Below the pieces are notes generated by a model. That model made no database searches and was not told the DNA's origin. It saw nothing but the letters and a program-made list of their open reading frames with translations. A DNA stretch of 64,000 nucleotides, taken from the NCBI RefSeq assembly GCF_030028105.1, contig NC_092379.1, forward strand, positions 21,491,309 through 21,555,308, written 5' to 3'. Positions 25,281 to 37,073 of the stretch are shown here, one piece after another. Made by a program: the position numbers and the translations under genes. Each line of letters opens with the position of its first letter. Within the stretch, counting starts at the first letter, position 1. The DNA comes from Mobula birostris. Lineage: Eukaryota.

Positions 25281-26890
25281 GGTCTTCTGCAAAAGGCCTC
25301 GCAAGTCCCTTTCATCTCAGATTTTTGGATTTTGTCCCTGCTTAGAAAATACTCCACTTATTTATTTCTACTACCAAAGTGCATGATCATGCATTTTCCA
25401 ACATTATATTTCATTTGCCACTTTCTCGCCCATTCTCCAAATCCATCTGTCCTTCTGCATCATACCCATTTCCTCAACACTACCTGTTCCTCCACCAGTC
25501 TTTGTATCATCTGCAAACTTGGCAACAAAGCCATCTATTTCATCATCTAAATCATTTAGATACAGCATAAAAAATGTGGATCCAACACTGATCCCTGCGG
25601 AACACCAATAGTCACTGGCAGCCAACCAGCCAAGGATCCTTTTGTTCCCACTCGCTGACTTCTTCCAATCAGCCAATGCTCCACCCATCCTAGTAACATT
25701 CCTGAAATACCATGGGCTCTTAACTTGTGAAGCAGCCTCATGCGTGGCACCTTGTCAAAGGCCTTCTGAAAGTCCAAATATACAACATCCACTACATCCC
25801 CTTTATCGATCCTCCTTTTAATCTCCTCAAAGAATTCCAACAGGTTCGTCAGGCAGGGTTTTCCTTGATGGAAACCGCGCCGACTTTGTCCTATCTTGTC
25901 CTGGGTCACCGAGTACTCCGTCACCTCGTCCTTAACAATTGACTCGAACATCTTCCCAACCATTGAGGTCAGGCTAACGTTTCTATAATTTCCTTTCTGC
26001 TGCCTTACTCCTTTCTTAAGGAGTGGAGTGACATTTGCAATTTTCCAGTCCTCTGGCACCTTGTCAGAATCCAATGATTTTCGAAGGATCATTTCCACTG
26101 TCACCACAATCTCTAATGCGACCTCTTTCAGAACGCTAGGGTGCAGTTTCTCTGGTCTGGGTGACTTATGATCTTTTCGGTCTTCAGCCTTCTCCCTTGT
26201 AATAGTAACAGCACCCACTTCTCTTCCTTCCCACACTACAACATCAGGCATACTGCTGGTGTCTTCCACAGTGAAGACTGATGCAAAATTTTCATGTAAT
26301 TCATCTGCCATCTCCTTGTTCCCCATTATTATTTCTCCTGCCTCATTTTGTAGCGGTCCTGTATCCACTCTCATTTCTCTTTTAATTTCTACATACTACA
26401 AAAAGCTTTTGCTATCCACTTTGATATTATTTTTAGCTTGCTTTTGTATTTTATCTTTTCCCTTCTAATGATTCTTTTCGTTGTTCTCTGTAGGTTTTTA
26501 AAAACTTCTCAATCCTCTGTCTCCCAATCATTTCGCTTTGTTGTATGCCCTCTCTTTTGTTTTTACATCAGCTTTGAATTCCCTCGTCAGCCACAGTTGT
26601 ACTATTTTACCATTTGAGTATTTCTTCATATTTGGAATACACATGTCCTGCAACTTCCTCATTTTTCCCAGAAACACATGACATTGCTGCTCTGCTGACA
26701 TCCCTGCTCGCAGCTCCTTCCAATTTACTTTGGCGAACTCCTCATACCACTGTAATTTCCCCTACTCCACTGAAATATTGCTATGTCAGACTTTACTTTC
26801 TCCCTATCCAATTTCAAGTTGATCTCAATCACATTGTGATCACTAGTTCCTAAGGGTTCTTTACCTTAAACTCCCTGATCACCTCCGGTT
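25281..26890 (-). mobile_element. CR1 ORF2 fragment (EN linker + RT)
   Basis: ORF 25556-26374 (272 aa) DWKIANVTPLLKKG..YLDFQKAFDKVP..GVPQGSVL. Confidence 0.85.
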
Positions 26891-28595
26891 CAGAATCAGA
26901 ATCAGAATCGGGTTTGTTATCACCAGCATGTGACGTGAGACTTGTTATCTTCACAGCAGCAGTTCAATGCAATACATAATCTGGCAGAGAGAGAAAAAAA
27001 TATAACAATAAATAAAATAAAACATAATAAACAAATAAGTAAATCAATTACGTATATTGAATATAATATTTAAAAATGCGCAAAAAGAAAAATACTGTAC
27101 ATGAAAAATGTGAGGTAGTGTCCAAAGCTTCAATGTCCATTTAGGAATCGGATGGCAGAGTGGAAGAAGCTGTTCCTGATCGCTGAGTGTGTGCCTTCAG
27201 GCTTCTGTTTCTCCTACCTGATGATAGCTGCTCCGGCCGATGGTCATACCACACTTAGATCCCCTCCAGTTTGCCTACCAGCCCCGACTGGGAGTTGAGG
27301 ATGCCATCGTCTACCTGCTGAGCCATGTCTACGCCCACCTGGACAAGCCAGCGAGCACTGTGAGGGTCATGTTTTTTGACTTCTCCAGTGCGTTCAACAC
27401 CATCTGCCCTGCTCTGCAGGGGGAGAAGCTGACAGTGATGCAGGTGGATGCTCCCTTGGTATCATGGATTCTTGATTACCTGACTGGCAGACCACAGTAC
27501 GTGTGCTTGCAACAACGTGTGTCCGACAGAGTGATCAGCAGCACTGGGGCTCCACAGGGGACTGTCTTGTCTCCCTTTCTCTTCACCATTTACACCTCGG
27601 ACTTCAACTACTGCACAGAGTCTTGTCATCCTCAGAAGTTTTCGAATGACTCTGCCATAGTTGGATGCATCAGCAAGGGAGATGAGGTTGAGTACAGGTC
27701 TACGGTAGGAAACTTCGTCACATGGTGTGAGCAGAATTATCTGCAGCTTAATGTGAAAAAGACTAAGGAGCTGGTGGTAGACCTGAGGAGAGCTCAGGTA
27801 CCGGTGACCCCTGTTTCCATCCAAGGGGTCAGTGTGGACATGGTGGAGGATTACAAATACCTGGGGATATGAATTGACAATAAACTGGACCCGTCTAAGA
27901 ACACTGAGGCTGTCTACAAGAAGGGTCAGAGCCGTCTCTATTTCCTGAGGAGACTGAGGTCCTTTAACATCTGCCTGACGATGCTGAGGATGTTCTACGA
28001 GTCTGTGGTGGCCAGTGCTATCATGTTTGCTGTTGTGTGCTGGGGCAGCAGGCAGAGGGTAGCAGACACCAACAGAATCAACAAACTCATTCGTAAGGCC
28101 AGTGATGTTGTAGGGATGGAACTGGACTCTCTGACGGTGGTGTCTGAAAAGAGGATGCTGTCCAAGTTGCGTGCCATCTTGGTCAATGTCTCCAATCCAC
28201 TACATAATGTAGAGTACATTCAGCCAGAGACTCATTCCTCCGAGATGCAGCACAGAGCATCATAGGAAGTCATTCCTGCCTGTGGCCATCAAACTTTACG
28301 ACTCCTCCCTTGGAGGGTTAGACTCCCTAAGCCGATAGGCTGGTCCTGGATTTATTTCATAACTTACTGGCATAATTTACATATTACTATTTAACTATTT
28401 ATGGTTCTATTACTATTTATTATTTATGGTGCATCTATAACGAAAACCAATTTCCCCCGGGATCGATAAAGTATGACCATGACTATGACAATGACTATGA
28501 CTCTGATCACAGTGAGAAAAGTGCAAGCCCTGGGTGCTGCAGGTCTTTAATAATGGACGCTGTCTTCCTGAGACACCACGGAACAACTACAGAAG
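26890..28595 (-). mobile_element. Rex1-like 3' tail (same family as 12885), split by the element at 27236-28503
   Basis: cagaatcagaatcagaatc tail; gaagctgttcctga..ccttcaggcttctg block shared with 13355-13400. Confidence 0.6.
27236..28503 (+). mobile_element. Rex1-like LINE, 5'-truncated, (GACTAT)n-like tail
   Basis: LDPLQFAYQP..FFDFSSAFNTI..PQGTVLSPFLF; KKGQSRLYFLRRL; aataaa-like signal then gaccatgactatgacaatgactatgac. Confidence 0.85.
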
Positions 28596-28700
28596 TTTTT
28601 GCAAACACGAGGAAACCTGCAGATGCTGGAAATTCAAGCAACACACACAAAAACTGCTGGTGAATGCAGCAGACCAGGCAGCATCTATAGGAAGAGGTAC

Positions 28701-28736
28701 AGTCGACGTTTCAGGCTGAGACCCTTCGTCAGGGCT
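28701..28736 (-). ncRNA. Minimal type I hammerhead ribozyme motif, core intact
   Basis: agcc-CTGACGA-agggtctcagcct-GAA-ACGT-C-gact; one stem I mismatch. Confidence 0.6.
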
Positions 28737-29431
28737 AACTGAAAGAAGAGATAGTGAGAGATTTGAAAGTGGGAGGAGGGGGAGATCCGAAATGTTAGGA
28801 GAAGACAGGAGGGGGAGGGATTGAGCTAAGAGCTGGAAAGTTGATTGACAAAAGGGATATGAGGCTGGAGAAGGGAGAGGATCAGGATTAGGGAGAAAGA
28901 AAGGGGGAGAGGAGCCCAGAGGATGGGAAGGCTGTCCGCCAGAGAAAGCAGGATCTCCCAGTGGCCATACATTTTAATTCCACATCCCATTCTCATTCCG
29001 CTATGTCTATCCACGGCCTCTTCTACTGTCAAAATGAAGCCACACTCAGGTTGGAGGAACAACACCTTATATTCCAACTGGGTAGCCTCCAACCTGATGG
29101 CATGAACATTGACTTCTCTAACTTCCGTTAATGCCCCACCTCCCATCCCTTATTTATTTATTTATTATTGTTATTGGTTTTTTCTCTCTCTTTTTTCTCC
29201 CTCTGTCCCTCTCACTATAACTCCTTGCCCATCCTCTGGGCTCCCCTCCCCATTTGTTTCTCCATCGGCCTCTCATCCCATGATCCTCTCCCTTCTCCAG
29301 CCTCGTATCCCATTTGCCAATCAACTTTCCAGCTCTTAGCTCCATCCCTCCCCCTCCTGTCTTCTTCTATCATTTCGAATCTCCACCTCCCCCTCTCACT
29401 TTCAAATCTCTTACTATCTCTTCTTTCAGTT

Positions 29432-29467
29432 AGTCCTGACGAAGGGTCTCAGCCCGACACGTCGACT
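29432..29467 (+). ncRNA. Minimal hammerhead motif, core mutated (GAA>GAC)
   Basis: agtc-CTGACGA-agggtctcagccc-GAC-ACGT-C-gact; stem I agtc/gact perfect. Confidence 0.5.
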
Positions 29468-29595
29468 GTACCACTTCCTATAGATGCTGCCTGGTCTGCT
29501 GTGTTCACCAGCATTTTTTGTGTGTGTTGTATAGAAGCTTTTGAGCGTATTTGTTGAAATGCCAAATCGCTTCAAACTCCTAATAACGTATAATC

Positions 29596-30010
29596 TGTCA
29601 TGGTCCGGTCCATGAAGTCTGCATTCCGGTTCACAGTCCGGTCCGTGGACTCCAGACTCCGGGTCTTCCGGCTGTCCCTTGTTTCAGTTGGGCTTAATCA
29701 TAGGCACCTGATGCTTGTCTTGGGGGCTGGGAATATAAGTGGCCCTGGGATCGAGTGTGGGTGCTGGTTTTTCTTGTTAGTATCCCCTTAGAGCAACCTG
29801 CTGGTGGAAGGCTAGAGCAGCCATTCATGATTTCTGGGCCTTTATGGAGGACCACTGCTTCATGGAACCTTGTCTGTAGTTGGAGCAGTCATCGTGGTAT
29901 GGATTTGGCCATTTCCGGGGCCAGCTGAGTGGCCCTGCCACTCTGAGCTAGATATGGATTCGGCTGTTTCCGTAGCCAGCCAAGGTTGCTGGCCACCCTG
30001 AGATCATCGA
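29596..30010 (+). mobile_element. 5' part of an LTR related to 20826-21892
   Basis: tgtcatggtccggtccatgaagtctgcattccggttcac vs tgtcatggtcttgtccgtgaagtcagcattccggttcac. Confidence 0.7.
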
Positions 30011-31395
30011 TTTTATCAATTTTATCAGTTTATTACAGAACACCCAATCCAGTATCGCTAATCTCCTGGTAGGCTCAATGACAAACTGTTCTAAAAGCCA
30101 TCTCCCAGGCATTCAACAAACTCACTCTCTTGAGATCCATTACCAACCTGATTTCACCAATTGACCAGCCTGTTAAAATCTCTCATGACTATCATAACAT
30201 TGCCCTTTTGACACACCTTTTCTATTTCCTGTTGTAATCTGTGGTCCACCTCCTAACCACTGTTGGGAGGCCTGTATATAACTGCCATCAGGGTCCTCTT
30301 ACCCTTGCAATTTCTTAACTCAACCCACAAGGATTCAACATGTTCTGATCCTATGTCACATCTTTCTACTGATTTGATGCCATTCTTTACCAGTAGAGCC
30401 ACACCACCCCCTCTGCCTACCTTCCTATCCCTCCGATACAATGTGTAACCTTGGACATTCAGCTCCCAACTACAACCATTCTTCAGCCATGATTTAGTGA
30501 TGGCCACAACATCATACCTGGCAATCAGTAGCAGTGCAACAAGATCATCCACCTTATCTCTTATACTCTGCACATTGAGATACAACACCCTGAATGCTAT
30601 ATTTGCTACCCTTTTTGATTTTGCATCCCTAACGTTTTGATACTCAGCCTGTTAGCTGTGACAATATCCCATCACCTGCCTGCCCTTCCTGACGGTGACT
30701 GCACACTATATTCACTTTTTCACCATCCGTCCTATCCTGAGTCCTATCACTCCGGTTCCCACTCCGCAGCCAAATTAGTTTAAATCCTGCACAATAGCTC
30801 TAACAAACCTGCCCACGAGAATACTGGTCCCCTTCGGATTCAGATGCAACCCGTCGCTTTTGAACAGATCACACCTCCTCCAGAAGAGATCCCAACGATC
30901 CAAGAACCTGAAGCCCTGCCCCCTGCACCAGCTTCTCAGCCACGCATTTATCTGCCAGATCATCCTGTTTATACCCTCACTGACACGTGGCACAGGCAGT
31001 AATCCAGAAATTAATACCCTGGGGATCCTGCTTCTCAGCTTTCTGCTTTGCTCTCCAAAATCTCTTTTCAGGACCTCTTTGCTTTTCCTTCCAATGTCAT
31101 TGGAACCAATATGTATCAAGACATCTGGCTCCTCTCCCTTCCCCTGCAAAATGTTGTGGACACAATCTGAGACGTCCCTGGCCCTGGCATCTGGGAGGCA
31201 ACATACCATCCGGGTGTCCCATTCACGTCCACAGAATCTCCTGTTGGTTCCCCTCACTATTGAGTCCCCGATCACTACCACTCCCTTCTTCTCTCTCTTT
31301 CTTTCCCTTCTGCACCACAGACCCATGCTCAGTGCCTGTAACCCGCTTGCCGTGGCATTCCTCCGGGAGGTCATCCCCACAAAAGTATCCAAAGT
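30010..31395 (-). mobile_element. CR1 5' half: ORF1 SGNH esterase and start of ORF2 endonuclease
   Basis: VVVIGDSIVRG..VLIHIGSNDIG..DGLHLN; LYLNVQSIRDK..YRPPNS. Confidence 0.85.
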
Positions 31396-31399
31396 GGTA

Positions 31400-32470
31400 T
31401 ACGGATTTTCTGGAGGTAGTCACAGTAAATATTTAAAAAACAGAATAGATTCAACAAAAATCTGCAAACAACGAAGATGGATAATGCACCAATGTTCAAA
31501 TGACAAGAAAATATGCAAATATGAAAAATAAATCAAAATAATAAGTAAGTAATATTGTGACCATCAGTTGTAGAGTCCTTGACAGTGAGTCCACAGGTTG
31601 TGGAGCAGACTCGATGGGCCGAATGGCCTTACTCTGCTCCAATATCTTAATGGTCTCATGGAATCAGTTTGGTTGTTGGGGTAAGTGAAGTTACCCACTC
31701 TGGTTCAAGAGCATGATGGTTGAATGGTAATAACTGTTCCTGAACCTGGTGGTCTGGGACACAAGGCTTCTGAACCTTCTTCCTGATGGCAGCAGTGAGA
31801 AGAGAGCATGTCCTGGATGGTGGATGTGCTCGATGATGGATGCTGCTTTCCTGCAACAGCACCCCTTGGAGATGTGCTTAACCGTGTGGATGGCTGTGAG
31901 GACGTATTCTGGAGTGATGGTATGTAGTAAATACTAATTTCAACAGTAACCAGTCTTCAAATTGAACATGGATTGTAGATTCAGTTTAAATTGCACCCAG
32001 AACAATGGTGTTCTTGGAGCTGCAAAATGGGGTCGATTGCAAACAAGGAAACTCCAGATTCGACCCCAGATACTTGCATGAGCATGAATGTGGCCCAGAG
32101 TCAGGGGACTTAACATTCATTTTGGGTGTCTGGAGTGTGGATGTGAAGATGGAGGTATTTGAAAATTATATATGATTCAAAGGGAGCATTCTGGATGCAT
32201 TGTAAATACAGAATTGTCCTGCTGTTACATTTCATATTTAGCATATAAAAATGTCATGTAATATTGGGTCAGGCAGGCCTCTTTTTCCAAGAGTGTCTGG
32301 AGTATGATGCCTGCTGCTTGTTTTGCTGAATAAAGACTTCTATCACCACCAGCTTCAGTGTCTCCCTGGTGACTTCGTTCACAGTCACAACAAGGGCTTT
32401 ACCTGTAATGGAGTGGACTGTATCCATGCATTTTTGTGGGCTTTTCTATTCAAGGGTGTTTCCATACCAG
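31400..32470 (-). mobile_element. Degenerate LINE 3' region hosting a solo LTR
   Basis: gaacctggtggtctggg..ggcttctgaaccttcttcctgatggcagcagtgagaagagagcatg block; resumes agggctttacctgt at 32393. Confidence 0.55.
31895..32392 (+). mobile_element. Probable solo LTR (498 bp)
   Basis: TGTGAG...CACAACA; TATAAAAA 32244; AATAAA 32329; flanks atggc/agggc (4/5). Confidence 0.55.
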
Positions 32471-32479
32471 TCCGTGACA

Positions 32480-32750
32480 CAACCCACACACTCATCCCAC
32501 TGGTTCCCGTCCCCACTACTCCCCTCTGCCCTCCGCACCTCCCTCCCTTTAGTTCATGCTCCACCTTCCTCTCCCATCAGATTCCATTATCTTCAGCCTT
32601 TTGCTACTGTTCCATTCCCCATCTGCCCGTCCACCCGCTCACCTGGTGGCCCCTATCACCTGACAGCACCTGCTCTACCCCTTCCCTCGCCTCTTTACCC
32701 CGGTCACCTCCCCTCTGTCTTTTAGTCCACATGAAAGATCTCAACCCTAC
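32480..32750 (+). repeat. Degenerate Penelope pLTR-like pyrimidine-rich fragment
   Basis: ccatcagattccattatcttcagcc also at 22790; ends in decayed hammerhead-like tagtccacatgaaagatctcaaccc. Confidence 0.35.
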
Positions 32751-32759
32751 TTCGTCTCC

Positions 32760-33380
32760 AGTTCCACTCGAGATAGAGCTTATTCTACGCGCAGAGGCGC
32801 TTGGGTACGTAGTGTCTCCATTTCATTATTTGGAAGAGAATCGCAACTGCCATTAAACATCGTTTTCTTTTTTAAAAACAACACAACATGTGACCATCAA
32901 ATGGCAAATTCGCTCCCAATGTTCCTCGAGGCTTCAGAAATACCGTGCGGAAATAATAATTCAACCTCCGCATGACTTAAAACAATTTGACCAGTGGCAG
33001 AGCAAGTCGTATGACGGCTCTGCGCGCAAAACAATGGGTGGGAAGGTGCCGCCTCCAAGCAACCAACAGCGGCAGGCGGTCTGTATGTGTCTCTCATCCT
33101 CTGTAAAACAGGTGGGAGGGCCGCAGCAACGCACATCAAAGTTGCTGGTGAACGCAGCAGGCTGGGCAGCATCTCAAGGAAGAGGTACAGTCGACGTTTC
33201 GGGCCGAGACCCTTTGTCAGGACCCGTAGGTCCTTTTAAACAATGGCGGTAAGGAACGGAACAGGAAGCTGGACGTCTGGTTCACCGTATCTGCCTGACG
33301 TTTACTCTGTTGCTGCCTTATTCGCTCTTCTTTGGGCAAACGGCGAAAGGCGGGAATGGTCTGGGTATGTTTACATCCCG
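32760..33380 (+). promoter_or_regulatory. CpG-rich island; candidate promoter/first exon
   Basis: Dense CpG; aaacaATGGCG|GTAAGG at 33244-33255 (YY1-like motif plus donor); Ets-like ACGGAAC/ACAGGAAGC just downstream. Confidence 0.4.
33189..33224 (-). ncRNA. Minimal hammerhead motif in a Penelope pLTR fragment (33127-33223); G8 mutated
   Basis: ggtc-CTGACAA-agggtctcggccc-GAA-ACGT-C-gact. Confidence 0.5.
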
Positions 33381-33444
33381 ACACTCTCGCAAACATCCTC
33401 TGCACATCAACCCCATCGAGGCCTTTCAATAGCCGATAGGTTTC

Positions 33445-34840
33445 TGAGGCGTTTATGGCGGTTGGTAAAAAGCTTTAAGGTCCATTGCTGCGCCTTCTGA
33501 ACTGGAGTGTGGGTCAACGAATTTTAACCCACATATTTATATTTGTATCAATTTTTAGAAAAAAAAGACCTGTGCTCTGAAGTAACTGCACTACTATTTA
33601 AAGCAATAATCCTGTGATTCTTTCAGGAAAATGCTGTTAATTTTAAATCGTATTTTATTCTGTGATAACTTTTAATTGGTCTATTCGCTTTTCTGATTAT
33701 GTCTTGTTGATTACAATATTCACACCTCCCATTTTTTGTATTATGAAAAACAATGCACTTTAACCCTCTGTGCCCAAACCTCAGTCTCGATATTATCACT
33801 TCCTCCCTCCTGCTCTTTCCTGCGTTCCTCAACCATCCCACTTCTCTCTGGATACCATTTCAAGTCGAAATAAGGTTTGTATTATCCCACATACAATGTA
33901 TTTGCCACTGAATGTAAATCTTTTAGACTCCTGATTGTTGTGCTTGAATCAGACAATATTACAAATCTCGTCAGACTCGCTTCCTCCACCCACTGCAAAG
34001 GGAATACTGTAGTCCAGCTGTCATTTCACCTGTATACACTGAGAAATCATCATTTATCCTCACCTGCTTTTTCATGTTAAAATCAGGCACTACCAGTCCT
34101 ACCCCTAATCTACTATTACTGTTTTTGAAACATCTGTGTAATTTTGTAAATATCCATAATTATTATTGTTTACGTAACATTCAACTATATCTTGATTTAA
34201 GTTGACTTCTCTACTTTTCCATCTCTTTCTGAATAATTTAGGATCCACCTCTGATGCTTCACACAGTCATGGAGTCAGCCCAGGAAAAGGTACTGTATCA
34301 CTCGCTGCCTTGTTACTAATTCCTATCCTTTCTGCTTTCCCTTCAATAGTCCGTGCAAAATTTCTGAATTTCCTTCTTTCCTTTTCCCAGCATCGGTCTA
34401 AAAGCTGTTTACTTGTATGATGTTCTCCAGGCCCTTGTAGGTTTACCCAATATGTTAACACAAGCTGTGACCTTCTCAGTTCCAGAGGTGTCTCTCCCAA
34501 CTCCACCTGCATTGCCACCACTGCTGTTGTCCTCATTGCCCCACTGATTAACCTTAATGCTTGAATTTGAAATATATCCAGTTTATTGAGCACACAGTGT
34601 GATGCTGGTCCATATACCATACTTCCTTAGTCCAGTATTGATCTTATTAATCCTATATATTGCTTTCAAGGGTTTCCTATCAGCTTCCCATTCCTTTCCT
34701 GTTAAACACCTCATAACATTTTGCACTTTCTGACTTTTGGTTATTATTTCTTTAATATGTGTTGACCATTTGAGTATTTTATCAAACTAAATTCCTAAAA
34801 ATTTAATGGTATCCGCAGTTTCTAATTCTAATAGATAATT
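33445..34840 (-). mobile_element. I/Nimb-clade LINE 3' part (post-RT, degraded RNase H, Cys motif)
   Basis: QALRLISGAMRTTAVVAMQVELGETPL; EEVIISRLRFGH..GRCEYC; 3' motif cacactccagttcagaaggcgcagcaatggacc..ccaaccgccataaa resembles Nimb ends as I recall them. Confidence 0.7.
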
Positions 34841-36030
34841 AAATGGAGAGAGAGAAGGGTGAGGATCGAGTTGTTGGTTTACAAACAAAGGCAGTGTTTG
34901 TGAGACTGCTAGCAAGCAGAGGCTGATGACAGGGCAAAACTGCAGTCAATGGGATGAGTTGCAATGCAAAAGGGGTACAAAAATCAAAAAAATGTGATGA
35001 ATACAGGATTGAAAGAGTTATCTTTGAATTCAGACAGTATACGGAATAAGGTAGATCAACTTGTAGCACAGCTACAGATTGGCACGTATGACATTGTGGG
35101 CATCACTGAATCATGGCTGAAAGAAGATTATAGCTGGGAGCTTGATATACAAGGATACACATTGTATCGAAAGGACAGGCAGGTAGGCCGAAGGCGTGGT
35201 GTGGCTATGTTGGCAAAAAATTAAATCGAATCATTAGAAAGAGGTGACATATGGGAAGGTGTAGAATCATTCTGGGTACAGCTCGGAGTATTATGGGTAA
35301 GGGTGATGAAATTAAAGCATCGATTAGAACATGAAACTACGATGTTATAGCCATTACTGAAATTTGGTTGAGAGAGGGGCAGGAATGGGTGATTAATGTA
35401 CCAGGTTTGTGAAGTTTTAGAAAAGATAGAAGAGGAGATAAAGAGGGGGTGTGTTGCATTACCAGTCAGGGACAATATCACAGCTGCACTCAGAGGAGAC
35501 ATAATGGAGAGGTCAAAAACTGAGTCCATTTCAGTGAAACTCAGGAATAGGCAGGGTGCAATCACACTGATGGGATTGAAGGGATTGAATGAGGGGACAT
35601 AGCCTCAAGATTTGGGGGAGTAGATTTAGGATGGAAATGAGGAGGAACTGCTTTTCCCTGGAGAGTGGTGAATCTGTGTGAATTCTCTGCCCAATGAGCA
35701 GTGGAGGCTACCTCAGTAGATATATTTAAGACAAGGTTGGATAGGCTTTTGCATAGTCGTGGAATTGAGGGTTATGGGGAAAAGGCAGGTAGGTGGAGAT
35801 GAGTCCATGGCCAGATCAGCCATGATCTTATTGAATGGCAGAGCAGGCTCGACGGGCCAGATGGCCTACTCCTGCTCCTATGTGTTGTGCACTACAGACC
35901 CCCTAATAGCCACCAGGACATTGAGGAACAGATATGCAATCTGATTAAGGAAATGTGTAAAAATAATGGGGTTGTTGACATGGGAAATTTAAAATTCCTG
36001 AATATAAACTGAGACCTTCTTAGTGTTTTT
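34840..36030 (+). mobile_element. Concatenated CR1 endonuclease and 3'-end fragments
   Basis: YDIVGITESWLKEDYSWELDIQGY; CR1 3' end 35640-35890. Confidence 0.7.
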
Positions 36031-37073
36031 CCCACCCGCTTACTTGTAAAAATGCAATCCCCTTCTCTCAATTCCTCTGTCTCCGCCGTATCTGCTCTCA
36101 GAATGAGGCTTTTCATTCCAGGACGAAGGAGATGTCTTCCTTTTTTAAAGAAAGGGGCTTCCCTTCCTCCACCATCAACTCTGCCGTCAAACGCATCTCT
36201 CCCATTTCATGCACATCTGCTCTCACCCCATCCTCCCGCCACCCCACTAGGAATAGAGTTCCCCTTGTCCTCACCTACCACCCCACCAGCCTCTGTGTCC
36301 AACACATAATTCTCTGTAACTTCTGCCATCTCCAACGGAATCCCACCACCAAGCACATCTTTCCCTCCCCCTCCCCACTTTCTACTTTCCGCAGGGATCG
36401 CTTCCTACGCAACTGCCTTGTCCATTCAACCCCCCTCCCCGGTCCCTTCCTGTCCCTTCCCGCCAATCTCCCTCCTGGCACTTATCCTTGTAAGCGGAAC
36501 AAGTGCTACACCTGCCCTTACACTTCCTCCCTCACCACCATTCAGGGCCCCAGACAGTCCTTCCAGGTGAGGTGACACTGCTGGTGTGATATACTGTGTC
36601 TGGTGCTCCGAGTGTGGCCTTCTATATATTGGTGAGACCCAACGCAGATTGGGAGACCATTTTGCTGAACACCTACGCTTTGTCCGCCAGAGAAAGCAGG
36701 TTCTCCCAGTGGCCACACAGTTTAATTCCACGTCCCATTTCCGTTCTGATATGTCTACCCACGGCCTCCTCTACTGTCAGGATGAAGCCACACTCAGGTT
36801 GGAGGAACAACACCTTATATTCCGTCTGGGTCGCCTCCAATTTGATGGCATGAACATTGACTCTCTAACTTCCGTTAATGCCCCACCTCCCCTTTGTACC
36901 CCATCCGATATTTGTTTGTTTATTATTATTAATTTTTTTTCTCTCTCTCCATTTTCTTCTTGTGTCCCTCTCACTGTACTCCTTGCCCATCCTCTGGGCT
37001 TCCCCCTCCCCCTTTCTTTCTCCCGAGGCCTCCCGTCCCATGATCCTCTGGTATCCCTTTTGCTAATCAACTT
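36030..37073 (+). mobile_element. Penelope-like element, RT C-terminus + GIY-YIG endonuclease, pLTR cut by a CR1
   Basis: IYCVWCSECGLLYIGETQRRLGDHFAEH...LRLEEQHLIFRLG; upstream CKRNKCYTC. Confidence 0.85.

Larger units (their letters stand above)
28597..29530 (+). mobile_element. Penelope-like element: GIY-YIG C-terminal remnant between inverted pseudo-LTRs
   Basis: ~300-bp inverted arms 28630-28925 / 29225-29530; core matches the GIY-YIG 3' region at 36680-36880. Confidence 0.8.

Noticed and set aside
33360-33400. TGTAAACAT resembling a miR-30 5' end
   Set aside because: No precursor hairpin and the rest of the mature sequence does not match; adjacent sequence is CR1
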